A stretch of 64,000 nt of DNA, from contig OX597819.1 of the NCBI GenBank assembly GCA_951406725.2, positions 43,400,001-43,464,000 of the forward strand, read 5' to 3'. The stretch is from Octopus vulgaris. Its lineage: Eukaryota. This document shows, in pieces, positions 39,003-53,621 of this stretch (its first letter is position 1; every line of letters starts with the position of its first letter). The translations under genes were made by a program, and so were the position numbers. The notes under the pieces were generated by a model. The model did no database searches and was not told the DNA's origin. It saw only the letters and a list, made by a program, of their open reading frames with translations.

Positions 39003-39267
39003 TCTTTTATTCTTTTACTTGCTCCAGTCATTTGCACTGCATTTAGTCGAACAAATCGACCCCAGGACTTATTCTTTGTAAGCCTAGTACATATTTTATC
39101 GGATACTTTTGCCAAACCGCTAAGTTACGGAGATATAAAACACACCAGAATCGGTTGTCAAGCGATGGTGGCTACAGTAGAAGACACCTGCCCAAGGTTC
39201 CACGCAGTGAGATTGAAACCATATGGTTGGGAAGAAGGCTTCTTACCACACGGTCACTCCTGCGCCT
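39003..39267 (-). mobile_element. SINE family A with internal deletions
   Basis: Tail and head segments match the consensus; the central microsatellite is missing. Confidence 0.75.
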
Positions 39268-39749
39268 GAAGCTTGGTGATGGATACAATAATAGTTCAAA
39301 ATAGCATTCCATATATGTTACTTAGCGTGGATATAATGTAGAAATCCAAACAATTGCGATATTTGTCAAGGGACAGAATCTACATATATACGTATATGCA
39401 CTCCCTATTAAATTTTATAGACGTAGTCTCTGCTCGAGATAGACACAAAATATATGAATATTTATAAATACTCGTAAAAGAGTTTGTAGATATAAACATT
39501 AAATATTTTCACATTCATTATAAAAATACTGATTTAATGCATTGAATTCATTGTAATTCAATGCAAAAATTCAGTAAATAGCTAATATCTTTTATTAGAC
39601 ATTTTCCTCTTGCCTTTCAACGTCAATGCATGAAATAACACACTAAAACTCTGTGGTGGAAGTTCAGTTCTGAAACATATTAAATATTGTGTTATAGAGG
39701 CAAAATAGTATCTGCCTTTTACTAAGTGTCATACGGAGAGAGGAATGTC

Positions 39750-40135
39750 GTACTTATTTGTACTTGTGGCGACATTAACCCTAGGCGGGTTGAGTCGGCT
39801 TCTTCTAGCACCCACGAGGCATCTCGAACCATGGCAGCCCACGCACGACGGTCCTGCGACAGTTCACTGGAGATAGCGAGCCAGTCACGGTTCCATCGGC
39901 GCAGGTCGACCACCTGCGGACCCATGAGCACGGAGAGGTCCTCCTTGATCGTCGTAGCCCAGGTCTTCAGCTGCCCACCCGCGCGTTTCCGCCAGTTGGG
40001 AAGTGGAGTTGGGAGAAGGACATCACGGCTCAGTTCACCCACCGGACGCCTACATGCATGGCCAAACCACCGCAAGCGCCGTTGCAGAAGGACAGATGGA
40101 AGGGGCCGTAGAAATAGGCGAAGTCGGAATGTCTG
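39750..40135 (-). pseudogene. RTE-clade LINE 3' end
   Basis: QRRLRWFGHACRR...RKRAGGQLKTWATTIKEDL...QDRRAWAAMV, followed by a short (CAAGTA)-like tail. Confidence 0.85.
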
Positions 40136-40140
40136 CATGT

Positions 40141-40402
40141 AAAAGTGAAAGTAAAATTACCTCGAGTCATATCGACTCATAAGGGCCGGTTTCCCGGTTC
40201 ATATCGTATATATTCCCCACCTAGTCGGGACGCCGGTCCATCATATAGTTACTCATTTTTGCCAGCTGAGTGGGCTGGAGCAACCTGAAATGAAGAAAAC
40301 TGCTCAAAGGAACAACTGCGCGTCGCCCGGTCCAGGAATTGAAACCACAATCTTACGGTCATGTGTCTAACACCCTAACCACTAAGTCATGCCCATTCAC
40401 AC
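40141..40402 (-). mobile_element. tRNA-headed SINE (V-domain-like, head related to family D)
   Basis: Minus strand CTTAGTGGTTAGGG...GGTTTCAATTCC...GTTGCTCCAGCCCACTCAGCTGG...GATGGACCGGCGTCCCG...GAGTCGATATGACTC. Confidence 0.65.
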
Positions 40403-40539
40403 GCTTCTAGTTTGTGACATAATTTTTAAATGTCTGTTTCATGTAAGTTTATAAAATAACAACAGAAGGAAAAATGTGGAGGCTCAGGAACGATATCAGT
40501 GTTTACGGGATCTAATTTCAGTAAGTAGAAGTTACTGGG

Positions 40540-41930
40540 CATCGTGTTCTGAAACAGCTGGTTTGCTAGCTGGAAGAGTTTGTGTGGCAAGAGTACAGCT
40601 GTGTACTTAACGGTTTTGGTTCAGCGCAGGTCTCCGCTCCCGAAAGATTGGTTGTAACCACACGAGAAGTAAAAGCGGCGCATTTCTTCTGACGTGATGT
40701 CAAAATTATAGTTTTTATTGCAAATCGTTTGGAACCGTTGAAATTGCGAGGAATGGTAGGTTTGGCGTCTAGAAATTTCTAGGGAACATTCTATACCTAA
40801 GTGTTGGTGGTTGACTGGAATGATTTCTTAGACACTCACTTGGTTTGTGTGGGAGTAGTCAAATGAAGAGGTGGGTGTAAATACCTTGTAAACCTGCTCG
40901 ATCAGTTCGAACTGTCTAACACGGACTGGTTATATTTCCTGAATGTGCCAATGTGAACAAATTGCATCGAATCATCCCAATCATGTTTAGATAGAGATTT
41001 GGTTAGGTTAGCGGACAGGGATAACATAAAACTCCCACAATTCGAGTAGTTGACTACACAGACGACAAGATATGATCCATAGAAAGGCACACGATGAATG
41101 AAAGCTGAACGCTTTGTTTTCGATGTAGGAAGTCAGTAGTGATTTGTTTAATGAGTTAGTCGGGCGCAAATTGATAGGCACGACCTGTCAAAATGGTGGT
41201 GCATTTTTCTCTAAAGAGGCCTATTAGAATAGTACCGATAAAGCATAGTAAATAGGTGGCAGCAGAAAACAAATTAAAAAAAAGGTATTCAGCAGATTAG
41301 AAAGAGATGTTAGGAAAGGTTTCGTAATCCGGGGACTGGCAATGAAATAGGCACTCGACCATTTCTTCGATGCGTATATTTAGCTCACGCCGATCACGTT
41401 GAAGCAAAATAAGATGAAAGCTATTCGGTGGTGACGGAAGCCTGACGTGGCATTAAATCCACAATACTATCATGATAGATGTGTACTGATCATTTCAAGA
41501 AGACGTACTGCAATTTTTCAGCAGTACTTTGAGTTACTGCTTTCAAAACTGGTGGACTGGAGGTAATGGACTTTGACATATACCTCGACGGCTTGGCGAA
41601 AGTTTCATTCGGAGAGATAGAATGTTTCAAAACCCGTATGATACTTGAGATACCGAGTGGTGTTGCAAAGAAATAATTTTCGGGTTCCGATGAGCATCTC
41701 CACAAGATTTACATGTGCATTCCAGATTTATCCGCTTCTATCCTGACAGATATCTGCCAATGATGAAATCCTTGTTCTGTTCTCGAACATTTCTGATTTG
41801 TGGAGATATCTTCTGCCGCGCGTAGAAACGGATCCAGCAACCAACCGAGTCCATCGCGAAGCTCGTTATTCAACGTTCATTTCGCAAAGAAGTACTGACA
41901 CTGTTACTGTCTCGCTATAGTAATGTTGAA
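40540..41930 (-). mobile_element. Possible highly decayed LINE ORF2
   Basis: Complex, microsatellite-free block with faint RT-like traces in the expected order (VPFYGSYL, DDS, HLGI). Not verified. Confidence 0.3.
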
Positions 41931-41951
41931 AGAGATGATGTGGTGAACATG

Positions 41952-42334
41952 GTGGAGGCGCAATGGCCCAGTGGTTAGGGAAGCGGACTCGCGGTCATAG
42001 GATCGCGGTTTCGATTCCCAGACCGGGCGTTGTGAGTGTTTATTGAGCGAAAACACCTAAAAGCTCCCCGAGGCTCCGGCAGGGGATAGTGGTGATCCCT
42101 GCTGTACTCTTTCACCACAACTTTCTCTCACTCTTACTTCCTGTTTCTGTTGTACCTGTATTTCAAGGGGCCGGCCTTGTCACTCTCTGTGTCACGCATA
42201 TCCCCGAGAACTACGTTAAGGGTACACGTGTCTGTGGAGTGCTCAGCCACTTACACGTTAATTTCACGAGCAGGCCGTTCCGTTGATTCGGATCAACCGG
42301 AACCCTCGTCGTCGTTACCGACGGAGTGCTTCCA
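41952..42334 (+). mobile_element. SINE family C, full length
   Basis: Head TGGCCCAGTGGTTAGGG..GACTCGCGG..GGTTTCGATTCCC. 14-bp TSD ATGTGGTGAACATG at 41938-41951 and 42335-42348. Confidence 0.93.
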
Positions 42335-42491
42335 ATGTGGTGAACATGACTGAAATAAGTGAGGATGGGTACTTTCTGATTTGTCCAAACATTCAACTGT
42401 TTTCTTAAGCGGCATTCGAAAATTAAGTCGAAGGTAGAAAGGAAGTGCTTCCATTTCAGTGAATTTTTCAAAGTATAGCGTGTGTGTGTGT

Positions 42492-42554
<63 letters not shown>

Positions 42555-43367
42555 TGTGTTTGTGTGTGAAATGGAGCTACTGACAGCATGCACTTGTAGG
42601 CCGATGAACAAACTCAGGAATGAGGCCCTTAACTTTTCGTAGTAAGGGTACGATTCCGTAACTATGAGGTACCCAGATTAACACTGTATAGAGACACATT
42701 ACATTTTCGTTTTTTTTTTTTTTTTTCAATTGCTAGTCTTTATATCTGTTCTCTCATGCACAATTCTACCCAAGACCCAACCACCTCACAAACCGTCTCA
42801 ACGACGACGCCAACCAAAGCCACCACCACCACCACCACCACCACCACCACCACCACAACCACCACAACCACCACCACCACCACCACCACCACAACCACCA
42901 CCACCACCACCACCACCACCACTGCCGCTGCTTTTGCAAATTTGCTTCGTAATACCTCCTATTGTAATATCTGTCACCCTTGTGACAAATAAAGGGCCTA
43001 TTATTATTATTATTGTTGTTGTTATTATTGTTGTTGTTGTTGTTATTATTATTATTGTTGTTGTTGTTGTTGTTGTTGTTATTGATTTCTAACTGTGCAG
43101 TTTTCTTCAGGGTTTCTTATTCAGTCATCTTTATCACTTAACAAATTCAGAACACTTTTTGGGCGATTCTCACACTGAGAGAGAGAGAGAGAGAGAGAGA
43201 GGAAGAGAGGGAGAGAAAGAGAGAGAGAGAGACAGAGAGAGAGGGAGAGAGAGAGAGAGAAAGAGAGAGAGAGGGAAGAAGATTTTCAAAAATATTAGGA
43301 TAATTCGCTTGGCAAATTTTGCTGTTCAATAACAACTGTACAGTTAGTGGTGTCCAATCACATTCTT

Positions 43368-43378
43368 CTGTATGTATG

Positions 43379-43441
<63 letters not shown>

Positions 43442-43524
43442 TGTATGTATGTATGTATGTATGTATGTATATATGTATGTATGTATGTATGTATGTGTGT
43501 ATGAATGTATGTATGTGTGTAGGA

Positions 43525-43557
<33 letters not shown>

Positions 43558-43680
43558 TGTATGTATGTATGTATGTATGCATGTATGTATGTATGTATGT
43601 ATGTATGTGTGTATGTATGTATGTGTGTATGTGTGTATGAACGTATGTATGTGTATATGAATGTATGTATGTGTGTAGGA

Positions 43681-43713
<33 letters not shown>

Positions 43714-43919
43714 TGTATGTATGTATGTATGTATGTATGTATGTGTGTATGAATGTATGTAGGTAGGTAATTATGTAGGTCTGTGTGTATATCTGTTCGC
43801 ATGAATGTATTTGTATGTGTATATGCATGTTTGTATATATGTATGTATGTGCGTGTATATATGTATACATGAATGTATGCGTGTATGAATGTGTGCATAT
43901 ATGTATGTATGCATGTATG

Positions 43920-43963
<44 letters not shown>

Positions 43964-44225
43964 CATGTATGTATGTGTGGATATATGTATGTGCGTGTGT
44001 ATGCATGCCTGTCTGTATGTATATATATGTGTGTATCTACGTATGTATGTATGAATATATGTATGCATGCATGTATATTTGCATGTATGTATGCACGTAT
44101 GTATGTATGTACGCATGTATGTTTGTACGTTCGCATGCATATGTATATATACATGCCTGCATGTATGTATGCATGCACATATGCATATATGCGTGTATGT
44201 ATCTATAAGTCCATGTATGCATATG
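43368..44225. repeat. Long compound (TATG)n/(TA)n/(TG)n microsatellite
   Basis: Seen directly. Confidence 0.95.
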
Positions 44226-44249
44226 CACCCCCCCCCCCCACATAGATAT

Positions 44250-44471
44250 ACTCTTTTACTCTCTTTTATGCTTTTACTTGTTTCAGCCAATTGACTGAGG
44301 GCATGCTGGAGCACCTCCTTTAGTCGAGCAAATTGACCCCAGGACTTAATCTTTGTAAGCCCAGTACTTATTCTATCGGTGTCTTTTGCCGAACCGCTAC
44401 GTTACGAGGACGTAAACACACCAGCATCAGTTGTCAAGCGACGTTGAAAGTGGGGGACAAACACAGACACA

Positions 44472-44555
<84 letters not shown>

Positions 44556-44715
44556 GGACGGGCTTCTTTCAGTTTCCGTCTACCAAATCCACTCACAAGG
44601 CTTTGGTCGGCCCGAGGCTATAGTAGAAGACACTTGCCCAAGGTGCCACGCAGTTGGACTGAACCCGGAACCATGTGGTTGGTAGGCAAGCTACTTACCA
44701 CACAGCCACTCCTGT
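44250..44715 (-). mobile_element. SINE family A, full length
   Basis: Matches the consensus. Confidence 0.9.
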
Positions 44716-44869
44716 ATAGAGAAATACACACATGTACACGCGTAGGAATTGTGTTACAGTATTTCTTTATACGTAATTTTGCTATTCAAATGCTGCATGT
44801 CTCAACAAGGGTATCTTTATATTTTAATGTCATTAATATATTGTGTTTTACTCTACATACCGCCCCCAT

Positions 44870-44929
<60 letters not shown>

Positions 44930-44980
44930 GACCACGACCACGACCACCACCACACCACCACCACCACCACCACCACCACC

Positions 44981-45036
<56 letters not shown>

Positions 45037-45037
45037 C

Positions 45038-45078
<41 letters not shown>

Positions 45079-45088
45079 CACCACCACC

Positions 45089-45144
<56 letters not shown>

Positions 45145-45172
45145 CACCACCACCACCACCACCACCACCACC

Positions 45173-45221
<49 letters not shown>

Positions 45222-45708
45222 GTGATTGTTCGTCTCATCATTAAAGTCGTCCCCGCCAATTGTTCAACCTTCTCCAACAGGAGAGCACCAATCATAATGT
45301 TCGTGACAAAGGGAAATAACGTTCTCTATGATGAAGATGATGGTGATGATGATGATGATGATGATGGTGGTGATGATGATGATTATGATGATGATGATGA
45401 TGATGGTGATGATGATTATGATGATGACGACGACGACGACAAGGACGACGACGTTGATGTTGATTGTAATGATGATGGTGATGAATGTAATGATGACGAC
45501 TGTGGTGCCGCTGCTGCTGCTGCTGCTGCTGGTGATGATGGTTGTGGTGGTGGTGATGGTAATGATGAATTCATGCTGGGGTCGTTATTTATTATTGTGG
45601 TGGTTGATGATGATGATGATGATGATGATGATAATGATGATGATTGTGGTGGTGCTCATGATGCTGATGATAATGATGATGATGATGATGATGATGATGA
45701 TTATGATG

Positions 45709-45792
<84 letters not shown>

Positions 45793-45819
45793 GTGGTGGT
45801 GCTTATAATGCTGATGATA

Positions 45820-45858
<39 letters not shown>

Positions 45859-45871
45859 ATGATGATGATGG

Positions 45872-45909
<38 letters not shown>

Positions 45910-45936
45910 GCGGTGGTGCTCATGATGCTGATGATA

Positions 45937-45968
<32 letters not shown>

Positions 45969-46391
45969 GATGACGACGACGATGAAGATGATGGTGACAA
46001 TATTGACGACGACGATGATATTTTGGTATTAATATTCATGATGATTAATAAGTGAAGCAATAATCATCTTAATGGCAATAATAACAGTAATGACAACGAT
46101 AACAACAACAACAACAACGATAACAGCAACATCATCATTATCAACATCAACAACAGCATCGACAACAGCAATAATAATGATTAGTTTCATTTTTATCATC
46201 ATTTATTTCCATTCCTTCTTATCACTTGTTTCAAATTCTCTAAAAATGTTTTTTTTTTTAAAATCTTTTGTTTTAATTTGTAAAATATATTTTGTGGATG
46301 CATGTGTGTTTGTGTGTGTATGTGTGTGTGTGTGTGTGTGCGTGAATGCATGTGTGTTAGCGTGTGATTCCTTATTCATAATTGATCATAT

Positions 46392-46456
<65 letters not shown>

Positions 46457-46463
46457 GTATATA

Positions 46464-46527
<64 letters not shown>

Positions 46528-47020
46528 CTTACATACATACATACATATATATATATAATTTCATGCTTTTAAAAATTTCTTATTTAATTTTATGAGACCT
46601 CCTCCTCTCCCCTTCCCTCCCACAAAACCCCCATATTTTTGCTCTGTTGGGCGTTTTGTTTTTGTTTTATGTATTCGTTTAGATATTTATTTCTCACCAC
46701 CACCACTACCACAACCACCACGACGACCATCACCACCATCATCATAGTCATCATCATCATCATCATCGTCATCATCGTCATCATCACGATGACCCACCAT
46801 CACCACCACAACCACCACCACCACCACCACCACCACCACCACCACCACCATCGTCTTTTTCTCCTATCGTGTTATTTTAAAGTATTTTTGTTTGTTTTTT
46901 TTTTCTTCTTTTGGTTGTGTCCTATAATATTCACTTACGTATTTCACGGAAACGACAATAATGATAATAACAATAATAATAATAATAATAATAGTAATAA
47001 TAATAATAATAATAATAATG

Positions 47021-47066
<46 letters not shown>

Positions 47067-47727
47067 CAACAATAATAATAATAATAATAATAATAATAAT
47101 TGTTACTATTTAACCAAGAGCTGTTTCACTAATTGGTCCTTATTAATTTATTTCTTCCGGCCTTATATCTTCAGGGTGAAGAAGATGGAGGAAGTTATTC
47201 ACGCAATGATGAAGGTGGTTGTGGTAGGGCCTGTTTTGACTGCAGTAGTGTCTGTGGTAGTAGTTGTGGTGGTCGTGGCGGTGCAGTGAGTGGTAGTGTT
47301 GTAGTAATAATTTGGAGTGGTGCCTCTCCGCTGTAATACTTGTAGTAGTAGTAGAAGTAAGAGTAGTAGTAGTAGAAGTAGTAGTAGTTGTTGTTGTCGT
47401 TGTGGTCGTGGTTGTGGTTGGGGTGTTAGCTGCGGTGGACTTTGTGGTATTTAATGATAAGTGTGTAGGGGTGGGCATGGGGGAGACGTATGTGTTTGAG
47501 TGTGTATGTGTGTATATATGTGAATATGTTTATGTATGTGTGTATGTATGCATGTATGTATGCATGCATATTGGTATACGTGCATGCCTATGTATATATT
47601 CGCGTGTATATGCGTGTCGCCCCTATATATATATATGTGAATATTATATATGTATGTGTGTGCATGTATGTATGTATATATATATATGTATGTATGTATA
47701 AATATATATATATATACATATATACAT

Positions 47728-47772
<45 letters not shown>

Positions 47773-47775
47773 CAC

Positions 47776-47871
<96 letters not shown>

Positions 47872-47974
47872 TGAGAGAGAGGAAATATATAGAAAGAGAG
47901 AAGATTTGAATTCATGCACAAATTTTTACGTGTAATTGTGTGTATGAATGTGTGTATGTGTGTGTATGTGTGAG

Positions 47975-48012
<38 letters not shown>

Positions 48013-48268
48013 TGAGGCATAACGAAACGAAAGAAGTTGACTTTGAGAGACAGAATGAGTTTTGATAGATATGGCGGTCTAAACTATGTTGACTATGTTG
48101 TGTGTGTGTGAGTGTGTGAGTGTGTGTGTGTGTGTGTTCTTTGTGTATGTATGTGTGTGTGTTGTGAGTGTGTGTGTGAACGTGTTGTGGGAGTGTATGT
48201 TGTTATTTTTGAGGTAAAAGTGTGAATGCTATGCTGCGAGAAAGAATGGAACGAAAAATTTAAATAAA

Positions 48269-48299
<31 letters not shown>

Positions 48300-48331
48300 T
48301 AATAATAATAGCAATAATAATAATAATAACG

Positions 48332-48374
<43 letters not shown>

Positions 48375-48432
48375 TGATGATGATGATGATGATAATAATA
48401 ATAATAATAATGATGATGATAATAATAATAAT

Positions 48433-48475
<43 letters not shown>
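44870..48475. repeat. Dense field of trinucleotide and dinucleotide microsatellites: (CTA/CCA/CGA)n, (GAT)n, (AAT)n, (GTA)n, (TA)n, (TG)n, (GA)n
   Basis: Seen directly; accounts for the long homopolymeric ORFs. Confidence 0.95.
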
Positions 48476-48479
<4 letters not shown>

Positions 48480-49212
48480 CAAACAGAAAAGAATTGGAGC
48501 CCGTGTAGAGTGGTTAGCGAAGGAAACGAAACTGGCAACGCGTGTTCAGCTGAGTGTGTTTAGCTCATATTGTCTCACTCTGTTACGTGACATTCACACG
48601 TAGCGGAGACATCATTAAGGAAGAAAAAAAAAAAAGAAAAGAAAAGAGAGAACGGGAGAGAGAGAGAGAGAGTGTGTGTGTGTGTGTATGCGTGTGTGGG
48701 AGAATGTGCGTACGTGTGAGAGTGTGTGTTGTGTGAAAGAAAGACGGAAAGAAAATGCAATTTTGATTAAAGTTAACAAAAAAAAAGCGTTACCACATAC
48801 AACATGAAAACACACACACACATACACACACACATACATACACATACACACACATACACACACATACACACACACACACACACACACGCGCACGGCAAAA
48901 TGAATAAAATAACAATAGAATACTACAATGATGACAACGATGACGACGATAAACAAAGAATAAAGAACAAAGAAGAGTAAAAAAAAAAAAGCAAAAATAA
49001 CAGCAGAGATAATTACAAAAAGAAAAATTGCAAAAAGGAAACGAAACGAAAAAGTGAAGAAAAAGACAAAAATACTCACACTTTGAAAAAAAAAAAAAAC
49101 AAAAAAAACCCCCTCCACCAATATGTAAATGGTGAAGAGACTTTTTATGCATATTACCGCTGTTCTAATATTTAGGCATGTACGCAATATATATACATAT
49201 ATATATACACGC

Positions 49213-49248
<36 letters not shown>

Positions 49249-50585
49249 ATGTACGTTGGTTTTTTTTGTATGTGTTAAGTCCTTAAAACTATACGGTAAC
49301 TTTCTAGAATCACTCATTATTTTTACCCCAAGCATTCAATCGAATTTATATTTGCTAAATTATAGCCCCGTTTTAGTAATCTCTTCCAACGTCTTCCACA
49401 ACATCTTATCATTCGATAATTGTTCCCTCTTGATCATATCCACCGATGCTAAAGAACCAGCGTGTTGTGTGTGTGTATGTGTGTGTGTGTGTGTGTGTGG
49501 AGGGATGCATGTTTTCTACCAAAGAACCCAACTATAGGAATATTCTTCCTCTCTTTATTTCGCTCATTCCTCACCATTGTTTTCATTTGGTCGTTTAACT
49601 ATTTTAATTATTCAATTAACCATTATTTTATGTTTGGTTTTGGCGTCTGTGTGGCCGTTTGGCGATTTACTGTCTGTTAGAGCTAAATCACTTTTTAAAA
49701 ATTTGTATATTCTTCTGTCTTTCTTTTTACAGATAAATACGGTTCGAAAATTATAAACCAAACTTAAGAAAGAATGAATTTAGTTGTACCTAACGCTCAC
49801 CCAGGCCCGTAGCACACACATCTCCGTCTTATATATTTCGAATCGAGATAACTTCATACAAGAATTGTTTAGTTTTTGTTCATGGGACATTGTGCAACAG
49901 GATATGAACTTATCACCCGTAGGAACGGGTTTTTAGTCTAATGCTTCGTATGTTCCACTGCAAACGACGGCTTTAGATCATTAAGACAAAATGAAATAAA
50001 TTCCCTTTCTTTTTGGAGAGAACATTCTGCTATAATCGTAAATATTCTCAGGTCGTTTTAGAACAAGTAGTATAAAACGTAGGGCCCCAGAAAAATCAAC
50101 GAAACGCTTACAACAGTTTCGAAGTCTTAATTTACGAGCTGGCATTGTAAGTAGTACCATATTTGATACTTTATTTGTTCGGCCATATTTCCCTTCAAAT
50201 TATTCTTGTATTTATCACTCTCTGCAAATTTTGTTCACTCAGTCACTGCACATTTATCTTTGCCTCGTTGGCTTTCAGGTTAATATGTGATTGACAATCA
50301 TCTCACTCATAATCTTTACTCTTTTAATCCATTGTCCTGTAGTGTCTTTATTCTACTGTTACAATAATGGTCGCTGCTCTATTGAACACGCATGCTGTGT
50401 TCATGTGCTGCATTCGAAACCACCCCTGGCTGCATTCATTTTTTCGACTTCTCGCAACGGATATTATGTCATTCCTCTTCCTTTTCCTCCACACAGTGTT
50501 ACTCGAAATTTGGAGTTTCTGACTCATTATTAACATAATATATTCATATATTATCCCTCAAATTACTAACACCTAGATACATACT

Positions 50586-50730
50586 GTGGAGGTGCAATGG
50601 CTCAGTGGTTAGGGCAGCGGACTCGCGGTTTCGATTCCCAGACCAGGCGTTGTGTGTTTATTGAGCGAAAACACCTAAAAGCTCCACGAGGCTCCGGCAG
50701 AGGGTGGTGGCGACCCCTGTTGTACTCTTT
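50586..50730 (+). mobile_element. SINE family C, 5' fragment
   Basis: Matches 41952-42112, with a deletion between two TCGCGG motifs. Confidence 0.85.
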
Positions 50731-51795
50731 CTGTTATATATATATAATATATATTTATATTTAAATTTATTTAATGTGTGTGTGTGTGTGTATTACGTTA
50801 TTACGGTATCGCGGTATTGACCAGAGTATCGGATGTTGTTATACATCGCTGTCCACAATGCACATCACATCATTTTAGCTTTCGAATGATGCCACTTCGC
50901 TGGCCAGGCAAGCAGGCTATATATATAAATATAAGTGTGTATATGTGTATCGCACCGAGATACACACACACATAAATACGTGATAGCGATGGACGAAGAG
51001 GAAGTGCTCTGGGCTTTCAGGACCATTCCCAGATCATTGATGGATTTTTCTTTTTGCTTAAAGGGTAAGGAGTAATGGGTATTGCAAGATTTATATACTT
51101 TTCTTCCTGCCTGAAATTTTTGTGGTCGAACCTTCTAACACGTTAACGCTGCCGCGCAAACTTGATACTGACTGGGCGCTCTGTCAGTCTCAAAATTGTC
51201 ATTTTTGTTAGCTGAATGGACTGGAATAACGCGAAGGACCTAACGTGCTTCCCAGATCATGAACCCTGTTGTCTAACAAACTAAATTATACATCTTCATA
51301 ACATTCTGCTGAAACTGTTGCAAGCCGACGATTGCACAAAAAACATGACCATGGCTAACATGGATCTAAACAGTAATGACGACGACGACGACGACGACTA
51401 CAGCGGCGGCAACAACAACAACAACAACAACAACATCATCATCACCATCATCATCATCAACAACAACAACAACACCAACACCACCAACAACAACAACATC
51501 AACAACAACAACCACTGGCTGTAGGGTCTGTGGTTGATTGGTCACTACGTTTCCTTACATCTATGCCATAAACACTTAAACCACGAAAGTCATAAAGTAA
51601 ACAGTTGTAAAATATATAAAAAAAAGCTGATCAATATGTTTGGGAAAAAGTCAAAATAATTGGTTTTCTGCGTTAAAAAAAAAGCCTGAATTTAACGTTT
51701 CGGATAAAAGCTTTCGTCAGACGAAACGTTAAGCTTTCCTTCTTCATCATCAGTATTCAGTTTATTCCACTTTTGAAATGATTATATTCAAGTGT

Positions 51796-52214
51796 CATAC
51801 TACGAAGAAAGGCTGAGGACGCTCGACCTTTATTCTCTTGAAAAACGCCGCCGCCGTGGTGATCTCATTCTCGCCCACAACATCATAAGCGGGAAGTGTA
51901 ACCTCTCGAAAGAGCTGTTCTTCACTCCTGCTCCGGAGCGTCGGCTGCGGGGTCATTCCGAAAAGCTCTACCTGCGACGATTTCATCTAAATCGAAGGAG
52001 AGGAGCTTTCTCCGTCCGGGTTGCGGATCCGTGGAACAAGCTGCCAGACGAGATGGTGAAGATGCCGACGACCGCTTTGTTCAAAGCCTCCCTGGACCTC
52101 AAGTGGCCTGAACTCTTTACATGAACACCACCCTGTACTTAACTCCATGTCCCCCTACATGGCCTTGCTATTTGCTTTTGAGCCAAATTAACTAACTAAC
52201 TAACTAACTAACTA
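51796..52214 (+). mobile_element. CR1-clade LINE 3' end with (TAAC)n tail
   Basis: YEERLRTLDLYSLEKRRRRGDLI...LRGHSEKL...FSVRVADPWNKLP...FKASLD, then a short 3' UTR and five taac repeats. Confidence 0.9.
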
Positions 52215-53285
52215 GTCGATTGACTCCTAAAAGGCCGAGAACGATTTAGAATTATCAGGCTCTTTCATTGCTTTTTGTAATGCTGGGATATTATCCCGTA
52301 TTTATTTCTTGCAGAAGTAACGGGCTCAGAGAAACAGATTTATGCTAAATATAAAGTTCTCAGTAGTGGTGTTATGGATTAAAAAGTATGTATGGTACCA
52401 TTACCTTAAATATATATATATATATATATATATATAAAGAGATCAATACATATATCTTTATTTAGAAAATCTGGAACGGGTTCAGAAATATTATCTAACA
52501 TTCGACCAACATCTGTAGCTAGCAAATATTTCATATTTTTATATCATAAAACATGCGATAAAAAAGTTTCTCAAATACGAAATAGCTTATTATCACGCCA
52601 TGTTGTCTTCAACCATACAACCTCGAACAATTCAGTTTCTTAACGCATCTCATTTCAGTGAACTGGTTACATTCCATTCAATCAATCAATTAGGCTGACG
52701 ATCGAATTTTGGTGATTAGTAACATATTTGCACGATGATGGTTATTTTCGATTTTTCATACAATTTTCTTAATTACTATTTTTTCCTTCTCATATTATTT
52801 TTCTAAATACTTTTTTATTCATCGAATGGTATCATTTCTTGGATCTTTTTTCAAAGCTAACATCACACATTACAAATATTTTTTCCCTATTGCATGCGTG
52901 TGTACGATCTTCTGTATATATGTGTGTGTGTGCCTGAGTGTGTGCACGCGCGCGGATGTACGTGCGTGTGTGCGTGCGCGTGTTATGTGTGTATATTTTG
53001 TGCTGATTGAATTAAATAAAATAAACTTACAGCTATTAAAAAATTATGTTGCTTGAATTTTTTCAATACTAAAGCATTTACGAGAACAAAACCGTAATCT
53101 TATTTCGGGCGCTACCATATTCTATTTGTATTCTTCATGCAAAAAAATATATACACGCACATAAGTACATATACAGAAATATGTGTATACATACATGCAT
53201 ACATACATACAAACATACGTACATATATGTATGTCTGTGTACACACACACACACACACACACACATAGTATATGTATACATACAT

Positions 53286-53348
<63 letters not shown>

Positions 53349-53384
53349 TACATATATACGTATATGAATACGCATATATAAACA

Positions 53385-53582
53385 GACGTGGCTGTGTGGT
53401 AAGAAGTTTGCTTCCCAACCACATGGTTCCAGGTTCAGTCTCACTGTGTGGCACCTTGTGTAAGTGTCTTCTACTATAGCCTCGGGCCGACCAAAGCTTT
53501 GTGAATGGATTTGATAGACGGAAACTGAAAGAAGCCTGTTGTCTCTCTCTCTCTCCCTCTCTCTCTGTATACACACCACACA

Positions 53583-53621
<39 letters not shown>

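Noticed and set aside
41952-42025. tRNA-Arg-like cloverleaf, and other tRNA-like heads
   Set aside because: It continues into a SINE body bounded by TSDs, so it is a SINE head and not a tRNA gene.
43344-44314. Long His/Thr/Tyr/Ile-rich ORFs, and the many similar [12 protein letters not shown] ORFs elsewhere
   Set aside because: Translations of (TATG)n, (TA)n and (CA)n repeats.
44634-46055. 473-aa ORF and overlapping poly-T/P/L/D/M ORFs
   Set aside because: It starts inside a SINE and runs through trinucleotide microsatellites that lack stop codons by composition. No domain or codon structure.
47174-47285. Possible exon (cttcag|...|gtgagt) encoding a Gly/Cys-rich peptide
   Set aside because: The sequence is a decayed (GTN)n repeat with no partner exons or recognisable protein.
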